A stretch of 64,000 nucleotides of DNA, from IMG/VR virus record IMGVR_UViG_3300010370_000031. One strand, written 5' to 3'. The DNA comes from an uncultured virus (IMG/VR IMGVR_UViG_3300010370_000031) (Duplodnaviria > Heunggongvirae > Uroviricota > Caudoviricetes). A program made the translations under genes and the position numbers. Each line of letters begins with the position of its first letter. The first letter of the stretch is position 1. Shown here one piece after another: positions 1 through 8,644 of this stretch. Below the pieces are notes generated by a model. It ran no database searches. It had not been told where the DNA came from and was given only the letters and a program-made list of their open reading frames with translations.

Positions 1-471
1 AGCGCCTCTTTTTCCATCTGACATTTCACTCCAGAAAGGTATTTTGCGAAGAGCAGGTAGAAACTCTTTCTTGCACTGCTCAATGAGAAGTGCATCTGCT
101 TCTGCCTGTGTTAATGTATCACCGAGTTTGAATGCCGAACCATCCTTCTTACGAGTAGATCCCCAACCAATTGTGATTGGAAGTCCGCCAGTCAGAGGGT
201 CTGGGTATGCCTTGAGATGACATCCCTCAAACTCTTTGATTAACTTGATGCCCATCATTGGGACATCATCACCACCTGTTACAGGAGCTGCAGCAGCAGG
301 GGTTGCTGGTGCAGCACTAGTCTTTTTTCCTCTAAAGGTCTCCGCCCACTCTACATTATCTTCAAGATACTTAGCGGGTAGGTTATCCTCTAACCATTGT
401 ACTGCTTTGACATGATTAGGATTCTTCTCATCATAGAATTGAAAGAAGTTGTGTAGGTCAATTCTTGCCAT
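1..471 (-). CDS. Endolysin, GH24/phage-lysozyme type, with N-terminal extra domain (runs off window edge)
   Basis: Hand translation from ATG at 471: MARIDLHNFFQFYDEKNPNH...IKLIKEFEGCHLKAYPDPLTGGLPITIGWGST. The E-x8-D-x-T/IGWG pattern is the GH24 lysozyme signature. Not in the ORF track because no stop lies within the window. Confidence 0.85.
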   Translation of the reverse strand, partial: MARIDLHNFFQFYDEKNPNHVKAVQWLEDNLPAKYLEDNVEWAETFRGKKTSAAPATPAAAAPVTGGDDVPMMGIKLIKEFEGCHLKAYPDPLTGGLPITIGWGSTRKKDGSAFKLGDTLTQAEADALLIEQCKKEFLPALRKIPFWSEMSDGKRGA

Positions 472-605
472 TGTTGCCTCCTATATTTGGAAAATATATG
501 TTGAATAATTCGCTTGCTTCTTTATGTTTACCGTGATTTGTGAGTTTTCGCACTTCGTCCAAAATCTTTTTTTTAAACTCAGTCGAAGATCCTTCCCCAC
601 CCATC
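458..605 (-). CDS. Small hypothetical protein
   Basis: Fills the gap between the two lysin-like genes and overlaps both; start uncertain. Confidence 0.4.
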
Positions 606-1250
606 GTTACCTCCTGGACACCAGCGGTGCTTGAGCATTGCTTTTGTATACATGGTCTTCTTACCATTAGTTACTGGACCTGTATAGTTATCATTGCATG
701 AACCATATGGATCATTTACATAGTAACCTTTGCCATCTGGTGTCTTACCGATGACTACACACATGTGCCCACCAGTAGGTGCAGATAAAGGACCACGGTG
801 CAAGATACCAATAACAACAGGTTTCCCAGCATCGAGACTTTTATCAATGTCAGCAAAAGAAAGATTGTAACTAAAGTGTGACTTAACTCCATAACCTGCA
901 AGTACTTTTGTTTGTACCGCATGGTCCGTAGTATCACCAATCGCAAATACTTTCTTGACATATTCATCATCGCCTTTGATGCTGCCAGGCTTGAGGAAAG
1001 CAAGGCACATAGCGCACGATGAACTGTTACAAGTTCTATGTGCATCTCTGTAGTTGTCTACTTGATTAAAATATGGAACATCAAGTACTGCTGGTGTTGG
1101 TGGTTTTGTTCTATAGATACCAATCCAGTCAGTCTCTGCGTCATCTAAAAATTGCTCAGGTAGGTTATCTTCTAACCACTGAACCGCTGCTACGTGATTT
1201 GAATTCTTTTCGTCGTAAAATTTGAAAAAGTTATGAAGGTCTAGAGTCAT
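579..1250 (-). CDS. Peptidase C39-like protein (candidate cell-wall hydrolase)
   Basis: LDVPYFNQ...CNSSSCAM (catalytic Cys), GGHMCVVIG (His), YVNDPY (Asp) are typical of C39-like papain-fold peptidases. Confidence 0.8.
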   Translation of the reverse strand: MTLDLHNFFKFYDEKNSNHVAAVQWLEDNLPEQFLDDAETDWIGIYRTKPPTPAVLDVPYFNQVDNYRDAHRTCNSSSCAMCLAFLKPGSIKGDDEYVKKVFAIGDTTDHAVQTKVLAGYGVKSHFSYNLSFADIDKSLDAGKPVVIGILHRGPLSAPTGGHMCVVIGKTPDGKGYYVNDPYGSCNDNYTGPVTNGKKTMYTKAMLKHRWCPGGNDGWGRIFD

Positions 1251-1585
1251 TTTTTATCTCCGAATAAACTGATGAAATACTCTGCGTCCACCACTGCCAG
1301 TGGTTTCTTTCCATTCTTTTTAATGACGACAAGTGGTTCATAGTCACCAGAGTTGGCAATTGCCTGTTCATAGGCATCCCATATATTTAGCTTCTCCACA
1401 TTTTTACACTCGATGCTGTGAGGAAACTTTAATCTAGCAGCACGAGCCATGATGAGATCCTCACCACCTGCTCCCATGCTACGAGATTCAATATCTTCTG
1501 GATGAATATCTAGTGCTTCAATCAGTTTGTCTCTAACCCATTGTTGCAAGCGGCGACCTTTTGCTTTTGCTGAACTTGGATTCAT
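1247..1585 (-). CDS. PD-(D/E)XK nuclease, Holliday-junction-resolvase-like
   Basis: N-terminal AKAKGRRLQ, GEDL and IECKNVE (E-x-K) motifs, C-terminal PLVVIKKN; resembles archaeal Hjc-type resolvases. Confidence 0.7.
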   Translation of the reverse strand: MNPSSAKAKGRRLQQWVRDKLIEALDIHPEDIESRSMGAGGEDLIMARAARLKFPHSIECKNVEKLNIWDAYEQAIANSGDYEPLVVIKKNGKKPLAVVDAEYFISLFGDKK

Positions 1586-1615
1586 AATAAAAAACCTCCA
1601 GATGGAGGTATTTAT
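1586..1615 (-). promoter_or_regulatory. Late promoter (ATAAATA) fused to a terminator-like hairpin that contains the RBS
   Basis: Minus strand reads ATAAATACCTCCATCTGGAGGTTTTTTATTATG: stem ACCTCCA/TGGAGGT, T-run, GGAGG in the 3' arm. Confidence 0.75.
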
Positions 1616-1762
1616 CTATTCAGTTAAACCAGGGGTCGGGAATCTTCTTTTGAGTGCCGCCAGCATGTATGCTTGAGCCAGACTCTTCGGACCTTCCTTT
1701 TCCAGTTGCTCCTTCATTTTGAGCAACTTTTCTATGTTTCTTTTTCTCAGAAACTTTTTCAC
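1616..1762 (-). CDS. Small hypothetical protein (48 aa)
   Basis: GTG start overlaps the nrdB stop (GTGA); MKKFLRKRNIEKLLKMKEQLEKEGPKSLAQAYMLAALKRRFPTPGLTE. More plausible than the track ORF 1620..1820. Confidence 0.55.
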   Translation of the reverse strand: MKKFLRKRNIEKLLKMKEQLEKEGPKSLAQAYMLAALKRRFPTPGLTE

Positions 1763-2940
1763 AATTTAAAACCAGCGAAAGTATCTTTCTTAACATCTTG
1801 TTTAATGCCTCCGATGACATATGATTCCACTTCAGTTTCCTGGGGTGCTACTTGTAGACCCTTGGATGATAACCAGTGCTGAGTCCATGGCAGTGGATTG
1901 TTTGACATAGGAGTATCAAACACAGGCTTCAGACCAATCGCTCGCATACGGCGGTTGGCAATATACTCAACGTAGGAGTTGAGTAGTTTATCGTTGAGAC
2001 CGATGATGCTGCCATCCTTAAACAGATACTGTGCCCATGCTTTCTCTTCATCAACAGTTTTCTTAAACTGCTCTACTGTCCACGCTTCTTCTTCTTTAGC
2101 GATTTGAAGAATGTCTGGGTCATCTCCATTAAGCCAGTTTTTGATAATGTTTTGCGTAAGGACAAGATGTTGGCTTTCGTCTCTGGCGATGAGAGAGATA
2201 ATTTTAGCGGATCCCTCCATAAGTTTAAGTTCGCCAAAAGCGAACGAACACGCGAACGAAACATAGAATCTAATCCCCTCTAAGATGTTTACATTAATAA
2301 CGGCACGATAGAGTTTGCGCTTCAACTCGTATAGAGTTTCTTTAGCAGCAGGCACACCTTCTAGTTGATGTTGCCATTGATTGCCAGAAGAGTAATCTTG
2401 TGCCGCACGAATGAAGTCATCGTATGCTTCGGTTACACTCTTCGCTCGCTCAAGAATATTCTGATCGTCAAGGATAGTATCAAATACTTCCGATGGATCA
2501 GAATATACATTCTTAATAATATATGTATACGAACGACTATGAATCATCTCCATGGTCTCCCAGATTGTCATGGCAGATTCCAGCTCAGGTAGCGAGCAGT
2601 AAGGAATGAATGCCATGCCAGGACCACGACCCTGCACAGAGTCAAGCATAATCTGATACTTCAGATTAGCAGTATAGATATGCTTCTGCTCTGGGCGAAG
2701 GGTGAGATAATCTCCTCTGTCTTTTGACAGGGAGATTTCTTCTGGTCGCCAGAAGTATCCCAGTTGCTGCTGAGTCAGTTTGTCAAAGATAGGATACTTG
2801 TAGGTATCATATCTTTGAATGCCAAGTGGAGCACCAAAAAACATTGGTTGCTTCTTTAGGTCAACATGCTTAGTGTTAAATACGGTCATCCCCTCTACGG
2901 TTGGGGTGGTCTCGGTAAGCTTAAATCTTGCAACTGTCAC
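1759..2940 (-). CDS. nrdB: Ribonucleotide reductase class Ia beta subunit
   Basis: FWRPEEI, LDSVQGR, EMIHSRSY (radical Tyr), LEGIRFYVSF, RDESQH, VAPQETE. Confidence 0.97.
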   Translation of the reverse strand: MTVARFKLTETTPTVEGMTVFNTKHVDLKKQPMFFGAPLGIQRYDTYKYPIFDKLTQQQLGYFWRPEEISLSKDRGDYLTLRPEQKHIYTANLKYQIMLDSVQGRGPGMAFIPYCSLPELESAMTIWETMEMIHSRSYTYIIKNVYSDPSEVFDTILDDQNILERAKSVTEAYDDFIRAAQDYSSGNQWQHQLEGVPAAKETLYELKRKLYRAVINVNILEGIRFYVSFACSFAFGELKLMEGSAKIISLIARDESQHLVLTQNIIKNWLNGDDPDILQIAKEEEAWTVEQFKKTVDEEKAWAQYLFKDGSIIGLNDKLLNSYVEYIANRRMRAIGLKPVFDTPMSNNPLPWTQHWLSSKGLQVAPQETEVESYVIGGIKQDVKKDTFAGFKL

Positions 2941-5236
2941 AGTCTTCTTCCTCCTGGGATCCTTCTAGAATTGAATTAAGTAAGTTTTCTACGGATTTTT
3001 TCTTCTCTTCATCATCCACATCATCTTTCTTAATATCATATGTATTCTGATAATAAGATGTCTTCCATCCATACTTGTATGTGTTTAATAGGTCTTGTGC
3101 CATTACCGACACAGGAACTTCATTATCGGCATAATGCTCTGGATTATACGACCAGTTACCCGAGATTGCCTGATCAAAGAATTTTTGCATAACAGCAACA
3201 ATATTAATATAACCAGTATTGTCAGGCATATCCCAGAGAAGCGTATAGTAGTTTTTAAGAGATTGATACTGGGGGACAATCTGCTTAAGAACTCCCTTCT
3301 TCGACTTCTTAACGGACAAGAAAGCACGAGGGGGCTCGATTCCATTTGTTTCATTTGACACAACGGAACTGCTCTCCGATGGCATCTGTGCGGACAGTGT
3401 TGAGTTCCTGAGACCGTGAGCCAGGATGGATGCTCTAAGAGTTTCCCAATCATAGTGGAGGTTGTGAGGTACGATATCGTCTACATCTTTTTTATAAGTA
3501 TCGATGGGAAGAATACCATCTGCATACTTTGTGCGATCGAAATAACCACACGCTCCTTTCTCAATAGCAAGTTGATTTGATGCCTTGAGAAGATAATACT
3601 GGAATGCCTCAGTAAGTCCATGCACAAGATGAGCAGCAGCACCATCAGAATACTTAACTTGATGACGAGCTAACCAATGTGCAAGACCAATATAACCAAT
3701 ACCGAGCGAGCGACGGTTGCGTGTAGATGCTTCAGCAGCAACTACAGGATATCCCTGATAATCAATCAATTCATCTAGTGCCCTCACAGATAGGTCACAG
3801 AGCTCCTCAAGGTCATCGAGGTGCTTGATCTTACCGACGTTAACAGCAGAGAGAATGCAAAGGGCAATCTCACCATTAATATCATCAATGTGCTGTAGAG
3901 GATTGGTGGGCAGTGTAATCTCTTGACAGAGGTTACTCATCCAAACTTTATCCTTGAATGAAGAATGCTCATTACAGTGGTCGATATTCATGATGTAAAT
4001 ACGACCCGTCTCTGCTCTCTCCTTCAGGAGTGAAAGAAATAATTCTTGACCGCCAATAGTTTTTCTTGGAATAGAAGTATCTCGTTCGTAAACATGGTAT
4101 AGCTCATCAAATCCAGCAAGACCAAAAGCATCAGACAGACCTGGAACGTCGTGTGGAGAGAAGAGTGAGATGTCTTCGTTACGGATGAATCGCTCATAGA
4201 AGAGTTTAGAGATTTGAATGCTGTAGTCTAACTTACGAACACGATTATCTTCAGTTCCTTTGTTATTTTTTAATACTAGGATGTCTTCGATTTCCCTATG
4301 CCAGATTGGGAAGTGGACTGTCGCGCTTCCTCCTCGTATACCATTTTGCGTGCAGCAACGGACAGTTGCTTCAAACTTTTTGAGAAACGGTATAACTCCA
4401 GTGTGAGCCACTTCGCCCCCTCTAATCTTGCTGTTGAGAGCACGGATGCGACCTGCGTTGATGCCGATGCCCGCCCTTTGTGCAACATATCTGCCAATAG
4501 CCATATCGCTACTAAAGATACTATCGAGGGTGTCATCGCTATCAACAAGGACACAGCTAGCAAATTGTCTAAGCGGAGTCCTAACTCCTGCGAGGATGGG
4601 AGTTGGCACGTTGATTTTGTGCTTGCTGATTGCGTCATAGTATCTCCTCACATATGACAGACGAGTTTCCTTTGGATACTCAGCAAAAATAGTTGCTGAG
4701 ACAAGCATGTAGGCATACTGAGGAGTCTCAAAGACAGCGCCAGCACTTCTATCTTGCACCAGATATTTATCTACTACCTGACGAAGACCAGCGTATGTAA
4801 ACAAATAGTCACGATCATGATCGATCCAAGAGTTGATTTTATCCCACTCTTCATCAGTATACTTACTCGATAGTTGTTTATCATAGACACCTTTCATGAT
4901 GCCATTGTATAGATGTGTGCCTAGCGTTGGAAAGCCGTGCTTCCAACCATCTCCAAAGACTTGCTTATATAGAGAGAACAAAAGGAGACGAGCAGCAACA
5001 AACTGATAATTTGGAGAGTCAAGGTCAATGAGGTCACTAGCCGACCTGATAAGGATTTCTTGAATTTCATTTGTGGTGATACCATCATAAAATTGAATAC
5101 CTGAATTGATTTCAACTTGCGATGGAGACACACCTGCGAGACCGCCGCAGGCGCATTCTACCATCAAATGAATCTTATCAAGGTTAAGAGATTCTGTAGA
5201 TCCATCACGCTTTTTAACTTTGATACCGTTGCTCAT
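2921..5236 (-). CDS. nrdA: Ribonucleotide reductase class Ia alpha subunit
   Basis: N-terminal ATP cone (VKKRDG), PTPILAG, FASCVL, SNLCQEI, MPSESSS, C-terminal CDSCKI. Confidence 0.97.
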   Translation of the reverse strand: MSNGIKVKKRDGSTESLNLDKIHLMVECACGGLAGVSPSQVEINSGIQFYDGITTNEIQEILIRSASDLIDLDSPNYQFVAARLLLFSLYKQVFGDGWKHGFPTLGTHLYNGIMKGVYDKQLSSKYTDEEWDKINSWIDHDRDYLFTYAGLRQVVDKYLVQDRSAGAVFETPQYAYMLVSATIFAEYPKETRLSYVRRYYDAISKHKINVPTPILAGVRTPLRQFASCVLVDSDDTLDSIFSSDMAIGRYVAQRAGIGINAGRIRALNSKIRGGEVAHTGVIPFLKKFEATVRCCTQNGIRGGSATVHFPIWHREIEDILVLKNNKGTEDNRVRKLDYSIQISKLFYERFIRNEDISLFSPHDVPGLSDAFGLAGFDELYHVYERDTSIPRKTIGGQELFLSLLKERAETGRIYIMNIDHCNEHSSFKDKVWMSNLCQEITLPTNPLQHIDDINGEIALCILSAVNVGKIKHLDDLEELCDLSVRALDELIDYQGYPVVAAEASTRNRRSLGIGYIGLAHWLARHQVKYSDGAAAHLVHGLTEAFQYYLLKASNQLAIEKGACGYFDRTKYADGILPIDTYKKDVDDIVPHNLHYDWETLRASILAHGLRNSTLSAQMPSESSSVVSNETNGIEPPRAFLSVKKSKKGVLKQIVPQYQSLKNYYTLLWDMPDNTGYINIVAVMQKFFDQAISGNWSYNPEHYADNEVPVSVMAQDLLNTYKYGWKTSYYQNTYDIKKDDVDDEEKKKSVENLLNSILEGSQEEEDCDSCKI

Positions 5237-6228
5237 ATTTTCTTCCAAAGATTAAATTTTACTTGTGCTTCTAAACCTTTATAGGTGTTACATTCTACCA
5301 CAGATTGTACATCATGACCAGCTAACACCATGTCGTTAATATCTTTCTCCTTTACACCAGATGGCCATATGACGATTGATTCTCCTCTGGAGATGGCAGA
5401 GGCATAGCGGGAGACGATTTGGGTATTTCTGGGCTCATTGTCATAGACCCAAACACAATCGCTAATCCCCCACTTACCAATATCACCATCAGCTCCACAG
5501 AGAGCAATAGCGTTGGAAAGGAATAGTGAATCGATTGGACCTTCTGTAAGATAGACTTTCTCATTTTTATTTAAACGATCAAGTCCAAATAGTTTAGGAT
5601 ATTGCTTATCCAAGATGGTAGTGATATAGCGAAGAGTTGCATTCTTGTTAAGAGACCTCGCTTGATATCCGAATACATTTCCATCTTCCGAGATTAGTGG
5701 GAGTATAATTCTTGCTTCTTTAATTGTGTTTTCGTTATTCTCCCAAGCGTTGAAATCCTCTGCGTAATAGAAGTTTGAGAAGTGAATCTCTGGTATCTTT
5801 CGGTCGAGCAGATATTGCTTTGCTGGGTGTGTAGTATTTAGGTCTGACAGTTTTGGAAGAGAATCAAAAATTGTTTCCTTAACTACAGTTTTTTTAAACT
5901 CTGGTTTTTTGAATTCAAACTTAGGATTAGCAACACGACGACCTTTGCCAGTTGTGCCTTCCTTGTATCTCTCCAAGAGATACTGGTCATATAAACCTAC
6001 ACTATGGTCTTGCAAAAATTTAGCAAAACTTTTAGTTACTCCACAGTTATGACACTTAAAAACAAAACTATCCTTATACTCAAATAGGTATCCACGCGAC
6101 TTATTTTTTCTCTTCTGAGAATCGCCGCAATACGGACACCTAAAGTTGTATAAAGATTTCTTCTTTTGAGTGAAGTTGCCTAGTTGAGGTGAGACCAAAC
6201 TAATATATTTGGAGTCAATAAAATTCAT
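5233..6228 (-). CDS. gp61: DNA primase (T4 gp61-like)
   Basis: Zn finger CPYCGDS...CHNC, TOPRIM motifs EGPIDS, YDNEPRN, KDINDM. Confidence 0.93.
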   Translation of the reverse strand: MNFIDSKYISLVSPQLGNFTQKKKSLYNFRCPYCGDSQKRKNKSRGYLFEYKDSFVFKCHNCGVTKSFAKFLQDHSVGLYDQYLLERYKEGTTGKGRRVANPKFEFKKPEFKKTVVKETIFDSLPKLSDLNTTHPAKQYLLDRKIPEIHFSNFYYAEDFNAWENNENTIKEARIILPLISEDGNVFGYQARSLNKNATLRYITTILDKQYPKLFGLDRLNKNEKVYLTEGPIDSLFLSNAIALCGADGDIGKWGISDCVWVYDNEPRNTQIVSRYASAISRGESIVIWPSGVKEKDINDMVLAGHDVQSVVECNTYKGLEAQVKFNLWKKI

Positions 6229-6617
6229 TTTATAAGTGGTGTGGTCGCTCCTCCTATGTTATCACCTGACTTTCCTATTGTCAAGAGGTTTCCAAAAAAT
6301 GATGCAGACCCTATGACAACAATTGCAGTGGTAGCAACTCCCATTGTCAACCAACGAAACTTGGAAAGATCTTCAACTTTCTTTTCAAGTTTTTCTAGTT
6401 TATTATTAATACCTTTGATTAATTCTAGAATTGCTGCGTCTGCTTTATCGACTTGTTCTAGTCTTGTTTCATGACGTTCTAAAATGAGGGCAACTGCTTG
6501 GTTACCCTCACTGATTTTATCTACTGCTCTTTCAAGCTTGTCAAGCATCTCTTTGGAGAGATCTTCATATATCTGAAACTTCGCTTCTAATATTGAAAGG
6601 TCTTTCCCGAATGCCAT
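6225..6617 (-). CDS. Coiled-coil protein with C-terminal transmembrane helix
   Basis: Heptad-rich body followed by RWLTMGVATTAIVVIGSASFF. Confidence 0.65.
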   Translation of the reverse strand: MAFGKDLSILEAKFQIYEDLSKEMLDKLERAVDKISEGNQAVALILERHETRLEQVDKADAAILELIKGINNKLEKLEKKVEDLSKFRWLTMGVATTAIVVIGSASFFGNLLTIGKSGDNIGGATTPLIK

Positions 6618-6625
6618 GACTCCCT

Positions 6626-7378
6626 TCACACATTATACTGTGCAAATTGCAAAGCATTAGCATAGGTAGTCGCATTCATGTTTAACAAGGCACAGAATTT
6701 AACTCTGTTTTCATCATTGAGTCCTTCGTAAGCAGCAACAATTTTTTGTGCATCGAAGAAACTCATCTGAGCACCTTGACCATCTTGGAATCTAACTTGA
6801 GTAAATGAAATCTCAGGGTCTCTGCCATATGCACTACCTTCCTGTGCAATCTTATATGCTTGAGCAAAGACATCTCCGTGTGCTGGCCATGGATATGTAG
6901 GAGCACCACCTGCTTCTGCAATAACTTCACCAGTAGGTTCAAAAGAATTCTTTTGAGTTGAAACTTGCTTCTGTGCTTTTTGTTGCTTTTCTGCTGCTTT
7001 CTTTCTGAAGTCAGAAAGACGAGCTTTAACAAGGGTATCCATTTCTTGTGCCTTGTCTTGCATCTTTGCTTTAGCATCCTGGCGCTTCTTTTGAAGCTCC
7101 TGTCTGCTCTTTAAAACTTTTTGCTGTTTGATTTGCTTCTGTGCTTTTTCAGTGGCAGATTGTCCTGCTTCACTAATCACACTAGTAATTTCCTCAGACA
7201 TTTTTCCTTTCCTTTTTTGACGATTAGTTAGAATTCTGGAAACGAGTTTGCGGACACTCTTTTTACGTCCGTCAATTTTTTCATCTTTATTTCTTCTATT
7301 TAATACTCGTTTCTTTTTAGTATTGACAAAAACAAAAGCGGGTGGCAAAGCAAGACCACTGCCATCACCTGCCATCAT
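6626..7378 (-). CDS. Hypothetical protein, Lys/Gln-rich coiled coil (candidate virion-internal protein)
   Basis: Long ORF in gene-dense context; basic segments separated by VISE / VIAE motifs. Confidence 0.7.
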   Translation of the reverse strand: MMAGDGSGLALPPAFVFVNTKKKRVLNRRNKDEKIDGRKKSVRKLVSRILTNRQKRKGKMSEEITSVISEAGQSATEKAQKQIKQQKVLKSRQELQKKRQDAKAKMQDKAQEMDTLVKARLSDFRKKAAEKQQKAQKQVSTQKNSFEPTGEVIAEAGGAPTYPWPAHGDVFAQAYKIAQEGSAYGRDPEISFTQVRFQDGQGAQMSFFDAQKIVAAYEGLNDENRVKFCALLNMNATTYANALQFAQYNV

Positions 7379-7383
7379 TTCAT

Positions 7384-7743
7384 TTAAATTAGTTTGAGAT
7401 CCTTCAGACATTGCTCATCTATATCAGTAGTGTCTATGCCAGGTGGCAATCTATTTAGATAATCCATAAATGCCTTCAAAGTCCCCCAATACTTCGATTC
7501 TACTTTAAAGAATAAAAGCAGAGTGGCGGCATCATTGAATATATTATACAACACAATTATGTGATTTAGAATTAAATGAGTTTTCAATTCACCGTGCATC
7601 TCGTAACGTCTGAGTAATCTTTTGATATATTTGAATCTCTTCAAATCTTCCTCAAAGTCCTCATACGTTACGGATGCTGGATTGTTGTAATTCTTGATAG
7701 CAAAGAATAACCAATTGTCTTCATTCAATTCATTGAATAACAT
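7384..7743 (-). CDS. Conserved T4-like phage hypothetical protein
   Basis: FAIKNYNNP...FEEDLKRFKYIKRLLRRY...LILNHIIVLYNIF, a motif recognised from T4-like phages. Confidence 0.75.
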   Translation of the reverse strand: MLFNELNEDNWLFFAIKNYNNPASVTYEDFEEDLKRFKYIKRLLRRYEMHGELKTHLILNHIIVLYNIFNDAATLLLFFKVESKYWGTLKAFMDYLNRLPPGIDTTDIDEQCLKDLKLI

Positions 7744-7745
7744 AA

Positions 7746-8348
7746 TTATGCATATGCGAGGGAAGCAGTATCTGAGATAACTGTCGTTGCACCACCAGTT
7801 GACGAAACTCTTACACGGAACTTGTAACCATCATAAGTTGCCTTAGCAGCAGCAGTGAGAGTAAGAGTTGCCGTAGTTGCACCAGAGAATACTCCACCAT
7901 TGGTGATGTTTGTCCATGTGGTGCCGCTTGCTGTTTGACGCTGCCACTGATACTGTAGCGTTGCTTGACCAGCAGCAGTAACCGCGAAGGTGCCTGTGAA
8001 TGGTGTAGCAGCACCAGTAACATTTGCTGGTTGTGCAGAGATGGTGATTGGTGTTGGAGCAGAATCTGCAGCAACTGCATCGTCTGCTTGATCTCCAGCA
8101 GCAGCGGCAGTTTGTGAGATAGCAACTAGAAGCTCTTGTCCTCTATAGCGAAGTGTGCCATCTGATTGCTCAACGGTGTAGTATGCCCACCAACCAGGAG
8201 CATTGAAACCTCTTGCTCTGTTTACATCTAAAGAAGCTTCTGTATTATCAATGAAAATAATTTGTCTGCCTGCAGTATCCATATTCTGCAAAGTGGTATA
8301 CCACTTTGGTCTGTCAGCAGAGGCATCTGTTTTTCCCCATAGAGGCAT
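7746..8348 (-). CDS. Virion structural protein with C-terminal Ig-like domain
   Basis: ITISAQP...FAVTA...LQYQWQ...ATLTL...DGYKFRVRVS is an Ig-fold pattern; TATAAATA lies upstream. Confidence 0.7.
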   Translation of the reverse strand: MPLWGKTDASADRPKWYTTLQNMDTAGRQIIFIDNTEASLDVNRARGFNAPGWWAYYTVEQSDGTLRYRGQELLVAISQTAAAAGDQADDAVAADSAPTPITISAQPANVTGAATPFTGTFAVTAAGQATLQYQWQRQTASGTTWTNITNGGVFSGATTATLTLTAAAKATYDGYKFRVRVSSTGGATTVISDTASLAYA

Positions 8349-8385
8349 GGTATTTCTCCCTGTCGTAGGTTTTATATCTAAAAAG

Positions 8386-8420
8386 TATTTATAAAAAAAG
8401 GAGACCTTAGAGGTCTCCCA
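8386..8420 (-). terminator. Intrinsic terminator whose T-tract runs into a TATAAATA late promoter
   Basis: Minus strand GGAGACCT-CTA-AGGTCTCC then TTTTTTTATAAATA. Confidence 0.8.
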
Positions 8421-8440
8421 AAAAGATTTGATCTTTTTAA

Positions 8441-8620
8441 TCAGGGTGTAATATCTTTAGCACCTCTATTCTTTAACTGTGCTTGCACCTGTAGAAGAAT
8501 AAGTGAAAGAATACCGTTTGATTTTACTTTGGGGTTTGCTCCAAGTGCTTCTGAAATTGCAAACAATACAGTTGCAATAAGTGCCTGATTAGCAACAGCC
8601 CATGCGATTAGAGCGGACAT
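8441..8620 (-). CDS. Small hydrophobic protein (59 aa), possibly membrane/holin-like
   Basis: Hand translation MSALIAWAVANQALIATVLFAISEALGANPKVKSNGILSLILLQVQAQLKNRGAKDITP; below the ORF-track cut-off; followed by a terminator. Confidence 0.7.
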   Translation of the reverse strand: MSALIAWAVANQALIATVLFAISEALGANPKVKSNGILSLILLQVQAQLKNRGAKDITP

Positions 8621-8644
8621 AAGATTGAATAGAACTCAACGCTC

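Noticed and set aside
1620..1820. Track ORF of 66 aa overlapping nrdB
   Set aside because: The alternative frame 1616-1762 has a coupled GTG start and more protein-like sequence.
1759..5236. Possible introns/inteins in nrdA, nrdB (also g41, g43, g17, g20)
   Set aside because: All are of ordinary length with uninterrupted motifs.
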